Assembly (NCBI GenBank): GCA_002724635.1
Contig: PBPM01000086.1
Coordinates: forward strand, 13,772 to 45,771
DNA: 32,000 nt
Direction: 5' to 3'
From: Rhodospirillaceae bacterium
GTDB lineage: Bacteria > Pseudomonadota > Alphaproteobacteria > UBA6615
Positions 17,971-26,676 of this stretch are shown piece by piece. How positions within the stretch are numbered: the stretch's first letter is position 1; the number at the start of each line of letters is the position of its first letter. Both the position numbers and the translations under genes were made by a program. Below the pieces are notes generated by a model. That model did not search any database and had not been told where the DNA came from. It saw only the letters and a program-made list of their open reading frames with translations.

Positions 17971-19881
17971 CTAGAAGGCAACCCGCAGCGTCATCCGCGG
18001 CAGAATTCCCGGCGCCCGGAAGCCGACAGCCTCTTCGTATTTGTTATCAAAGATATTATCCACTGCGACCGCCGCGTCCCACCCCTCCGCAATGCGCCAG
18101 CTCGCGGCAACGTCGAAGCGCGTGTAGTCATTGAGCGACCTGTCTCCCGTCGGAATCGATGAATCGAGGACTCGCCCGACATAGAGTGTGCGACCACTTA
18201 ATTTAACATCCCGGAGCGCCTGCCAGCTGAAGTCGCCGCCCGCGCGCCACTTGGGACGGTTTCGCAACTCTTCATTATCGTCACGGATGTCGGTATCCAC
18301 GAATGTAATATGCGCGGCGATCGTGACCGAACTCCCTAATACCCAAGACGTCGTCACCTCGCTGCCCCACGTAACGACCTCGCCTCGGTTAACGAGACGA
18401 TTGAGCGTGTCGTCAAAATCGATACTGTCATAGAAATATGTCCGAAAAACGGAAGCCCCAACCTCGCCACGGCCATTCAGAAGAGGCAGGCGGACCGATG
18501 TCTCGACACTGGAGCTCGATTCCAGCCGGAGCGTCGGGTCGCCAACGATCGCGTTACCCAGCGCAAAGAAACTTGGGAGCTTAAAACCCTCACCCCAGCT
18601 CAACTTCCACTCCGTGCCCCGGGGGCTGAATGTATATACCGACCCGGCCGAAAGGCTCGCCTGAGAGGAGAAGCCGTCGGGGTTATCGATCCGTGCGCCT
18701 GCCTGAAGCGACCAGCCCGGCAGCACCCGCCAGCGTGCTTCGGTGAAGCCGCTCTGGGTGGTACGCCGCAGAGAGAAGCGCGAATCCGAAGGCGAACCGC
18801 CTGTGATTAGGCGGCTGTCGCTGATACCTGACTCCTCTAGGATTGCAGCCCCCGCGACAACCTCGAAATAGTCGTTCACGGACACATTCGCGCTGGCCTG
18901 CAGGTCAAAACGATCATAGACGCTCTCGCTACTGTTGACTGGCGTTCCGAAGGCGTTGCGCACACCACCCGCCACCCCCGGCGATACGAACAATTCGCGA
19001 TGCCGGTATGCACTCGCATCAACGTTGTAGCTCCACTGGGACGAAACTTCCTGCTCGAAGGCAAGCCCCGCCGAGATCTCGGTCGAATCACGCGTATCAC
19101 TGTCGCGCCGCACCGCGAAGGCAGGGCCGCCGCTGTCATCCGGGAAGTTCGAACTGTCGCTATCCGACATGCGGGCGACGAGCCGGAACGACATATCATC
19201 TGAGGGGTAAAGCTCAGACTTCGCGCTGACCAGGCGGTTGTGGAACCGGTTTCCCTCGGTCGCGTCACCATCATCGATATAGGCGGCACGCAGCGCCAGA
19301 TCCGCTCTCGGCGACAGCGATCCACGCTCCTCAACGCTGCCCCGCCGACCTCCGTGAGCGCCACCCGACACGAAAACGGAATACTGCTGTGCTCCGCCCG
19401 CGCCGCGCGTGATGAAGTTGATCGTACCTGAAATCGCGTCGGCGCCGCGAACTGCGGATTGGGATCCCCGGACGATCTCGACCCGCTCGATCGAACGAAT
19501 GTCGATCGACGAGATGTCGAAGGACCCGCCGCGGCTATTAGTCGGATCATTCACCTGGACTCCGTCGATCAGGATCTGAGTGTAGTTCGGATCCGCACCG
19601 CGTAAGTAGATGGAGCTCACGCCACCCAAGCCGCCCGGCAAGTCAATATGGATTCCAGGAACAAGCCGCATCAGGTGAACAGCGTTCGCCGGCTGCAATC
19701 TGTCGATTTCGTCCCTCGTTACAACGGTCACGCTAACCGGGGTGGTTGCGCTGGTGGAGGGCAGTCGTGACCCCGTCACAAGAACCGGATTGGAAAGGGG
19801 CACAGTTTCATCTTGGGCCAGCGCTGTACCTGTCGCTGCCAAGCCAAGCAATCCCATAGAAAACAGAAAACCTCGAAACAT
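17971..19881 (-). CDS. TonB-dependent outer-membrane receptor (small, BtuB-sized)
   Basis: It has a signal peptide (MFRGFLFSMGLLGLAATGTALA-QDE, ATG at 19881) and a TonB-box/plug region (PVLVTGSR...IYLRGADPNYTQILIDGVQVNDP...IERVEIVRGSQSAVRGADAISGTINFITR). The terminal residue is Phe (LRVAF). Confidence 0.92.
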   Translation of the reverse strand: MFRGFLFSMGLLGLAATGTALAQDETVPLSNPVLVTGSRLPSTSATTPVSVTVVTRDEIDRLQPANAVHLMRLVPGIHIDLPGGLGGVSSIYLRGADPNYTQILIDGVQVNDPTNSRGGSFDISSIDIRSIERVEIVRGSQSAVRGADAISGTINFITRGAGGAQQYSVFVSGGAHGGRRGSVEERGSLSPRADLALRAAYIDDGDATEGNRFHNRLVSAKSELYPSDDMSFRLVARMSDSDSSNFPDDSGGPAFAVRRDSDTRDSTEISAGLAFEQEVSSQWSYNVDASAYRHRELFVSPGVAGGVRNAFGTPVNSSESVYDRFDLQASANVSVNDYFEVVAGAAILEESGISDSRLITGGSPSDSRFSLRRTTQSGFTEARWRVLPGWSLQAGARIDNPDGFSSQASLSAGSVYTFSPRGTEWKLSWGEGFKLPSFFALGNAIVGDPTLRLESSSSVETSVRLPLLNGRGEVGASVFRTYFYDSIDFDDTLNRLVNRGEVVTWGSEVTTSWVLGSSVTIAAHITFVDTDIRDDNEELRNRPKWRAGGDFSWQALRDVKLSGRTLYVGRVLDSSIPTGDRSLNDYTRFDVAASWRIAEGWDAAVAVDNIFDNKYEEAVGFRAPGILPRMTLRVAF

Positions 19882-19995
19882 CCTAAGCTCACCACACGAC
19901 TTGAAAAGCAACCCATTTGTTAGCTGGGGTGGCACTGATATGATCATCCTCCACTCATATAGGCGCGTTAGGATGCAACGGACACCCCCACTTCA

Positions 19996-20829
19996 ATGAG
20001 CGTTGTCGCGACCCTCCGCCGCCTGCGTCACGGACCCTTGCGCTTTCTATCGCCGGTCTGGACACCGCTGGGAAATTTCTATCGCAGTTGCCTTTCCCGG
20101 GGCGGCTCGTCCTTCACGTCACTCCATCGCATCGGCCGATATGGACCGTTTCGGATGTCGGGAGAGTTCGCGTTCAGCAATTTCGAGAATTGGGGTAATG
20201 CGCATAATAGTGGCTTCGAATTCTGCATCGAAGCCAGCCGCGGCAAAACCTGCGTGCTCGATATCGGCGCCCATATTGGACTGGTCTCGTTGCCGTTGAG
20301 CCAGATGGTCGCGCCCGACGGCCGGGTGTTCGCTTTCGAACCTGCAACCGCGAACCGTGCCGCCCTGAAGCGGCACCTCGAACTCAACGCGATCACCAAT
20401 GTCGAGGTGGTCACGCAACTGGTCGGGGATACGGATAACGCAGACATCGTTCTGTTCGAGCATGCCAATGTCAGCGGCATGAACACCCGCGCTCCGTTGA
20501 AATCTGGCGCTGAGTATATTGAGACCCGCCATCGGCAGCTTACCATTGATAGCTTCTGCCGCGAACGAGGGCTTGAACCCGACGTCATCAAGATCGACGT
20601 CGAGGGTGCGGAGTTCGCGGTTCTCGAGGGCGCGCGCGAAATACTCGCTACGTCGCGACCAGTCCTCGTGGTCAGTATCCATCCTCAGCATCTAAAGGCA
20701 CTGGGGCGGAACGCGGACGAACTGCGCGCACTTGCGGCGGCTTCCGACTACGCGGTATCCGACACTGACGGAAACACCGTCAAAACCTTCCAACTGGACG
20801 AGTACGTTCTCCAACCGATTGGTAAGTGA
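19996..20829 (+). CDS. FkbM-family SAM-dependent methyltransferase (copy 1)
   Basis: VLDIGAHIGLVSL, VFAFEPATANRAALKRHLELN and DVIKIDVEGAEFAVLEGAREIL are present. Confidence 0.87.
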   Translation: MSVVATLRRLRHGPLRFLSPVWTPLGNFYRSCLSRGGSSFTSLHRIGRYGPFRMSGEFAFSNFENWGNAHNSGFEFCIEASRGKTCVLDIGAHIGLVSLPLSQMVAPDGRVFAFEPATANRAALKRHLELNAITNVEVVTQLVGDTDNADIVLFEHANVSGMNTRAPLKSGAEYIETRHRQLTIDSFCRERGLEPDVIKIDVEGAEFAVLEGAREILATSRPVLVVSIHPQHLKALGRNADELRALAAASDYAVSDTDGNTVKTFQLDEYVLQPIGK

Positions 20830-21785
20830 CCCGAATGTTGTCGAGCATATATACGACCTTGCGCGACCGCGGCGCGTCGACGCTGATCCGCGCCATCGGC
20901 AACCAGGCTGTGGCCATGGTGCATAGCAAACTTCTCGGGCGACGGTTTCTAGAGAAAAGCATTCACAACTACCGGATGCTGATTGACCTCGAGGACCCTG
21001 GTATCAGCCGCTCGCTTCTTCTGTTTGGCACCCGCGAGGTAGACCACAAGATTATGCTAGAGCAGGTTACGAAACCCGGTATGACCGTATTCGATATTGG
21101 CGCCAATATTGGATACTACGCTCTTATGGAACTGGGCCTGATCGGGCCCGAAGGCCGCATGCTGGCAATCGAGCCCTCACCGTCGAACATTGCGCTGTTA
21201 CAGCGCAATCTAAACCTAAATAACGAGGGGGACCGGGTCACAGTTCTCGGGGGTGCAGTCTCCGACAAGCCCGGTACCGCATCCTTCCACCTTTCGGCAC
21301 ACTCCAATCTAGGCACCTTTCATGCCGATGGCAGCGCGGCGCACATGCTGAGTGGTGAACAGATACCTGTCCGCACTTACACGGTTCCCGAACTGGCACA
21401 GGAACATGGCGCGCCGGATCTAATCCGGATGGACGTCGAGGGCCATGAGGTCGAGGTCATTCGCGGCATGCTCGATGCGATCCGGTCCGGCACGATGCGC
21501 CCGACGATCATTTTCGAGACCCACCTCTCGCGCTACTCCGCCGAACATGACATGACGGGGGTACTCGAGGACCTGTTCGCCTGCGGCTACGGCATACCGC
21601 GCGCAGCCTCGTCTTGGCAGGAGGGTACCGCGCGCGTTGCGGAACGCGGATATAAAGGTTCGGCGCCAATTCACACGGACGGCGTCAAACGCGTGATCTT
21701 TGAGAACATCGGGAACGAAGACGCGATCGACTTCATCTGCCGGACCGGCGGCCTGCGCACCGTGGTGCTGGCGCCTGTCAGCTGA
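20826..21785 (+). CDS. FkbM-family SAM-dependent methyltransferase (copy 2)
   Basis: VFDIGANIGYYAL, MLAIEPSPSNIALLQRNLNLN and DLIRMDVEGHEVEVIRGM are present. A GTG start overlaps the upstream TGA (GTGA); an ATG at 20835 is an alternative. Confidence 0.87.
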   Translation: MTRMLSSIYTTLRDRGASTLIRAIGNQAVAMVHSKLLGRRFLEKSIHNYRMLIDLEDPGISRSLLLFGTREVDHKIMLEQVTKPGMTVFDIGANIGYYALMELGLIGPEGRMLAIEPSPSNIALLQRNLNLNNEGDRVTVLGGAVSDKPGTASFHLSAHSNLGTFHADGSAAHMLSGEQIPVRTYTVPELAQEHGAPDLIRMDVEGHEVEVIRGMLDAIRSGTMRPTIIFETHLSRYSAEHDMTGVLEDLFACGYGIPRAASSWQEGTARVAERGYKGSAPIHTDGVKRVIFENIGNEDAIDFICRTGGLRTVVLAPVS

Positions 21786-21796
21786 ACTAGCAACCC

Positions 21797-23389
21797 ATGC
21801 CAGCAAAGATTATCGGCGCGGAACGGTTCAGCTGGCGGCGCACGGCTGACGCGGGCGTCGAAACGCTAGCGACCGGCGACCCTGGGGCCGAGGCTGCGGT
21901 GCGGCATACACTCGGGCAGGGCTGCGCGGCACCGGCGGATCTCAGCGAGTCGGTCCGCGACGTCGAGGGCCATTTCGCCGTAATTGCGAAAGGTGGCACA
22001 ACGAGCTGTGCCATCGTCGATCATTGTCGCTCGTCGCCGATTTTCTTCACTAACGACGCAATCTCGAACGATGCACATCTGCTTCGCGCGGCGCAAAACC
22101 TGAACACGCCGGATCCGCAAGCCATTATGGACGCAGCGATGGCCGGCTTCGTAACTGGCGACCGAACGCTGTTCGCAAACCTGCGCCAGCTAACGGCCGG
22201 AAGCTTGGTAGTATGGCAGGACAACGATCCGCCGGAGGTAGTGCGATACCGCGATTACATGCCGACCGCGGTGGATTCGCGCCCCGAGGACGACCTTGTG
22301 GACGCTTTTCTCGCCGTGCTCGACGCGGCGACGGCACGAACCATCAGGGCGGCGAATGGGCGGCCGATCTGGGTCCCGTTGAGCGGAGGGCGCGATTCGC
22401 GGGTCCTACTCGCCAAGTTTGTGGAACATGGGTACGACAATCTCCATGCCTTCACCTACGGACCAAGGGGCAATGATGAGAAACGCGCCGCAAGGATCAT
22501 CGCCGAGCGCCTAGACGTTCGCTGGTCGTTCATGGCCAGCCACCCGGCCAGATTACGGCGTTTCTTCGCAAGTCCCGCACGAAACGATTACTGGGAGTAC
22601 TGCGACGGCCTCTCCGCCGTGCCGAACTTTCAGGACCTTCTCACCCTCCGGGCCTATCGTGAGCGCGGTATGCTACCCGACGACGCGATCTTGGTGAACG
22701 GCCAAACCGGCGACTTCATTTCCGGCGGGCATATCCCGGCAACGCTCATAGATGGCGACCCGAGTCCCGATAGACTGTTCGCGGCGATCGTCGGTAAGCA
22801 TTTCTCTCTATGGAACTCACTCAAGACCCCGGTAAAGCTTGATGCCCTGCGTGTAAGGGTCTTCGCCCAGCTGGGACTGCACGCCGATACTGAGCTCGAG
22901 CGCGACCATGCCGTTGCGCTGTATGAACAGTTCGAATTCGACGAACGCCAAGCAAAGTATGTGATCAACGGTCAACGCAACTACGAATTCCTCGGCCTGA
23001 ACTGGTCGCTGCCGCTTTGGGACAGGGCACTAGTCGAATTCTGGCGAAACGTGCCGGTTGAACAAAAGTTCCGTCAGAAGCTGTTCGCCACCGCACTTTC
23101 GCGCTGGAACTATCGCGGATTGTTCCGCGACTTCGACCCTATGGTCGGTCAGTGGTCGGGCCCGGCAAAGGCCCTGCTCATTCCGTCGCGGCTAATTCGA
23201 CTGACCCTGGGTCCTGCACGGCGCGACGCGTTCCTTCGTCGTATGCTCTATTTCGGCATGTATCGCGACCAGTACGCACCCTTCGGATATCCCGAGTTCC
23301 TGCGCCACGCAGGCGACCTGCGTAACCCGGTATCATTCCTGTCGCGCGAATGGCTTCGTGAACGTGGCCTCGATCGGGCGGCCTCGTGA
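21797..23389 (+). CDS. asparagine-synthase-like PP-loop amidoligase/amidotransferase lacking the N-terminal nucleophile Cys
   Basis: The PP-loop PLSGGRDSRVLL lies at 22382-22399. There is an AsnB-like N-domain relic (GHFAVIAKGG...DHCRSSPIFF), but the protein starts MPAKII rather than MCG. Confidence 0.78.
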   Translation: MPAKIIGAERFSWRRTADAGVETLATGDPGAEAAVRHTLGQGCAAPADLSESVRDVEGHFAVIAKGGTTSCAIVDHCRSSPIFFTNDAISNDAHLLRAAQNLNTPDPQAIMDAAMAGFVTGDRTLFANLRQLTAGSLVVWQDNDPPEVVRYRDYMPTAVDSRPEDDLVDAFLAVLDAATARTIRAANGRPIWVPLSGGRDSRVLLAKFVEHGYDNLHAFTYGPRGNDEKRAARIIAERLDVRWSFMASHPARLRRFFASPARNDYWEYCDGLSAVPNFQDLLTLRAYRERGMLPDDAILVNGQTGDFISGGHIPATLIDGDPSPDRLFAAIVGKHFSLWNSLKTPVKLDALRVRVFAQLGLHADTELERDHAVALYEQFEFDERQAKYVINGQRNYEFLGLNWSLPLWDRALVEFWRNVPVEQKFRQKLFATALSRWNYRGLFRDFDPMVGQWSGPAKALLIPSRLIRLTLGPARRDAFLRRMLYFGMYRDQYAPFGYPEFLRHAGDLRNPVSFLSREWLRERGLDRAAS

Positions 23390-24630
23390 TGCGCATTCTT
23401 TATGTATCACGACTGTTCAGCGGCCTCGCGGAAGGACTCCGCGACCGGCGCTGGGATCCGCGCGGCGTGCCGACCGTTTACCGGCTCCTCGAGGCGCTCG
23501 ACAAAACCGAACACGACCTGCGGGTCGTCTTCACCGTCAAGGACGATGCCGTCGACTGGCCCAGCAGGAAGACCTGCACCTTCCCGATCGAGGGCTTTGG
23601 GCGTGAGATCACGGTGGTACCCATGCGCCCACCGCTTCCCACCGCGTTCGGACGCGCACGGGGCTATCTCCGCGAGATCGGCCAGTATCGAGAGATCAGA
23701 CGTTTGTGCGACGACATCATGCCGGACATCGCCTATTTCGACCGCGTGAACATATACGCGGCATCGCTTCCCGCCCGCCGTAAGGCGGTGCCCGTCGTAT
23801 GGCGCATCATGGGGGTGCCGCCAGCCATGCACGACATGCTCGATCTTGCAGGACCGGTCGCGCGTATCACCCGCTGGGCCTATCGTGCACCATTCTCGAT
23901 GGCCCTGTGTTCGCGCGATGGTAGCGGCGGCGAGCAGTGGATGGAACGTGCGCTTGCGCCCGATACCCCGCGGCGCATGATGCTAAACGGTGTCGATCCT
24001 ATCGAGAATCCCTCCCTCGATGACCATATCCGCGACGCGGTATCAGGCCCGGAAACCAAGATCCTGTTCGTCGCACGGCTTGTGGAGGACAAGGGATGCC
24101 TAGAGTTTGTTGAGGCCGTGTCCGGTGCGCTCGATCGTGCACCGGGCCGGTTCCGCGCGATCGTTGCAGGCGACGGCCCTTTCGCCACTCAGATGCGTGC
24201 GCGTGCAGATGACGCCGGGCACGGGAAGCAGTTCCATTTCCTCGGGCAGGTGGCACATAATCAAATGCTGGGCCTTCAGCAGGCTTGCGATGTCTATGTG
24301 TCCCTAAACCGGATGTGCAACTTGACAAACGCCAACTTGGAAGCGATGAGAGCCGGTGTGTGCATGATCATCCCCACATCGCCCGGCACGCGCGGGATCG
24401 ACGTAGATACCGACGAACTCATGCCGGAGGACACCATCTTTCGCATCGCAAGCCCAGACGATGTCGCGGGCCTGCGCGAAGCGCTGGTTCATCTGGAATC
24501 CAACGCACAGGATCGGACGCGGCGCGCCCGAGCAATTGCCCTGCGGGCCGAGCAACTCATTCCGACTTGGGACGCGCGGATCACCTCGGAAATAGAGTTG
24601 CTCGAGCAGCTGACCGAGGCAGGGAATTGA
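23386..24630 (+). CDS. GT-B fold glycosyltransferase (GT4-like)
   Basis: KILFVARLVEDKGCLEFVEAV...VAGDGPF...FHFLGQV...ACDVYVSL...NANLEAMRAGVCMI. The start overlaps the upstream stop (GTG 23386 or ATG 23389). Confidence 0.83.
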   Translation: MMRILYVSRLFSGLAEGLRDRRWDPRGVPTVYRLLEALDKTEHDLRVVFTVKDDAVDWPSRKTCTFPIEGFGREITVVPMRPPLPTAFGRARGYLREIGQYREIRRLCDDIMPDIAYFDRVNIYAASLPARRKAVPVVWRIMGVPPAMHDMLDLAGPVARITRWAYRAPFSMALCSRDGSGGEQWMERALAPDTPRRMMLNGVDPIENPSLDDHIRDAVSGPETKILFVARLVEDKGCLEFVEAVSGALDRAPGRFRAIVAGDGPFATQMRARADDAGHGKQFHFLGQVAHNQMLGLQQACDVYVSLNRMCNLTNANLEAMRAGVCMIIPTSPGTRGIDVDTDELMPEDTIFRIASPDDVAGLREALVHLESNAQDRTRRARAIALRAEQLIPTWDARITSEIELLEQLTEAGN

Positions 24631-25760
24631 TGGGTATTCTGACTGCTCTTCGACGACGCATGCTCGCGGATCTTGATTCACGCCTCGCGCCACGTTTCCA
24701 CGAAACCTTCAATGCCGACCCGGTAACGATCTATGACGTTGGCGCGGCCGGCGGTGCGATCACGCCTTACCCGGACGGGCCCGCCGCATGGGCGCCCGTG
24801 GAGGGCTTCGAGCCACACCCGGTGAGTTTCCAGAATCTCGTGGATGCTGGTACGCTGGAACACGTCACGTTACACAATCTCGCGCTTACCAATAAGGACG
24901 GGCCGATTACCTTTTACGCCGGCCGATCGAAGCAACGAACGAAATCCTCGCTACGGTCGATCGAATACTTAGGTAGCGAGAGCGATGAGATCACAATCAA
25001 TGCGCTCAAGCTAGATTCTGCACCCCGGCAACTCGGAATCCGTCCGGCTAACTTCATCAAACTGGACACCGAAGGAACAGAGGATCTAGTCATACAGGGC
25101 GGCGAACGGATGTTTGCCGATGACATCCTCGGTGTACATACGGAGGTCGGTTTTTGGACCGAACAGTCCCGAGGCGTCCCGTTCTCCCAGATCGACAGCC
25201 ACCTCACCTCTCGTGGTTTTGTTCTGTTCGACCTGCAAATTAACCGTTCCGACATCCGCGTCCTGGGCGGACGCAAGGACAAGGTACGAAGCGGAGACGC
25301 GCTCTACTTCCGGAGCTTTGATCATCTCTGGTCACCCAACGGGGACCAGGCCGCCTTGCGGTCCAAATTGCTTAAGCTGATGAGTTTACTGGTCGGCTGG
25401 CGCTATCTGAACTACGCCTTCGAGCTCGCCGACTTCGGACGAACACACGACCTGCTGCAGGCCGAGGAGTTCGACGATATTGTCACGCCTTGGATACAAA
25501 CCAGTGATCTGTCGGATTGCATTCCGAACTTTCCGGGTCGCACCAGGCTCGCGCTTCTGTTTGATTCGCTGTCCTATGCGTTCTACCCGAGCATTAAGAA
25601 GGGCGTGCCCTATTCTTTCAACAGCCTTGGCAACCACTGGGTCGTGCGCACGGCGAAGAACGACCCGACGAGCGTATTCTTGCATTGCCCGGTGCTGGAA
25701 GCCGGCACCGTCAACCAATCCAAGACCATCCGTCTGGCACATGGCCATGACAACACTTGA
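24630..25760 (+). CDS. FkbM-family methyltransferase (copy 3) with a roughly 130-aa C-terminal extension
   Basis: The start MGILTAL (ATG at 24630) shares its A with the upstream TGA. IYDVGAAGG, GFEPHPVSFQNL and NFIKLDTEGTEDLVIQGGERMF are present. The longer ORF in the track starting at 24285 is read-through of the GT4 3' end. Confidence 0.8.
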   Translation: MGILTALRRRMLADLDSRLAPRFHETFNADPVTIYDVGAAGGAITPYPDGPAAWAPVEGFEPHPVSFQNLVDAGTLEHVTLHNLALTNKDGPITFYAGRSKQRTKSSLRSIEYLGSESDEITINALKLDSAPRQLGIRPANFIKLDTEGTEDLVIQGGERMFADDILGVHTEVGFWTEQSRGVPFSQIDSHLTSRGFVLFDLQINRSDIRVLGGRKDKVRSGDALYFRSFDHLWSPNGDQAALRSKLLKLMSLLVGWRYLNYAFELADFGRTHDLLQAEEFDDIVTPWIQTSDLSDCIPNFPGRTRLALLFDSLSYAFYPSIKKGVPYSFNSLGNHWVVRTAKNDPTSVFLHCPVLEAGTVNQSKTIRLAHGHDNT

Positions 25761-25792
25761 GTCGATCCGTCATGGTTAGGCTTTATTGATCC

Positions 25793-26530
25793 ATGCGAGC
25801 TTCCGACACCGCGAAATCACAGAATGCCCGCAGGGCCTGGGAGCGAAAAGCGTCGCTACGCGCGGTCTACAAGGATGTTTACAGACGTCTCGCCGAAAAA
25901 CAGAGGCCCGGCCCAACGATCGAGATTGGCGGCGGGTCGGGAAACTTCAAGAACTTTGCACCGGAAACAATTTCTACAGACATCATCGTGGCGCCATGGC
26001 TGGACGCGGTTACGGACGCGGTACAGCTCCCCTTCGCAGATGCATCAGTCGCAAACATCGTCCTGTTCGATGTTTTACACCACATCGAGTTCCCGGTCCG
26101 CTTTCTCGACGAAGCGGCCCGGGTGCTCGCACCCGGAGGCCGGGTCCTGCTTTCCGAGCCGGCCATTACGCCACTCAGCAACCTGTTTTATACCCACCTG
26201 CATCCCGAGCCAGTTGACGCCGAGGCAGATGTATTCGTGGCCGGAACACCGAACCCAAACCGCGACCCGTTCGATGCGAATCAGGCGATTCCCACACTGA
26301 TGTTCTTAAAACAGCGCGAGCGGTTCCGGGATCGCTTCCCGATATTCGATATAGTCGATGTTCGCTACCATAGCCTGCTCGCATATCCACTTACCGGCGG
26401 CTTCAGGAAATGGACGGTAATCCCGGCCACCATCGTGCCTGCGATGTTGTCGCTCGAATCGGTATTTATGCCACTACTCGGAAGGCTCATGGCCTTTCGT
26501 CTGATCGTCACGATCGAGCGGCGAAACTGA
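25793..26530 (+). CDS. class I SAM-dependent methyltransferase (Methyltransf_11-like)
   Basis: IEIGGGSGNF, LPFADASVANIVLFDVLHHI and LAPGGRVLLSEP are present. Confidence 0.85.
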   Translation: MRASDTAKSQNARRAWERKASLRAVYKDVYRRLAEKQRPGPTIEIGGGSGNFKNFAPETISTDIIVAPWLDAVTDAVQLPFADASVANIVLFDVLHHIEFPVRFLDEAARVLAPGGRVLLSEPAITPLSNLFYTHLHPEPVDAEADVFVAGTPNPNRDPFDANQAIPTLMFLKQRERFRDRFPIFDIVDVRYHSLLAYPLTGGFRKWTVIPATIVPAMLSLESVFMPLLGRLMAFRLIVTIERRN

Positions 26531-26676
26531 GACGCAAAGCTGTTATCAGCTAATCCCGTCCCAGCGGAAAAAAACGATGACAGCCGTGATCGCTTTGCGT
26601 ATTCGGAACAGCATTGGGCGCAAAGGTGTTCCCACCGGCAACGACACGGCTCCAAAAGGATGCATTGAAGGAAAAC

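Noticed and set aside
19937-19948. A Fur-box-like palindrome GATATGATCATC in the divergent promoter between the TonB-dependent receptor and the FkbM operon.
   Set aside because: It resembles the 19-bp Fur consensus only partially, is short, and alphaproteobacteria often use other iron regulators. It is not strong enough to call.
19882-19995. A possible cobalamin riboswitch upstream of the BtuB-sized receptor.
   Set aside because: The whole intergenic region is only 114 nt and is shared with a divergent promoter, so it is too short for a B12 riboswitch. I saw no B12-box-like sequence.
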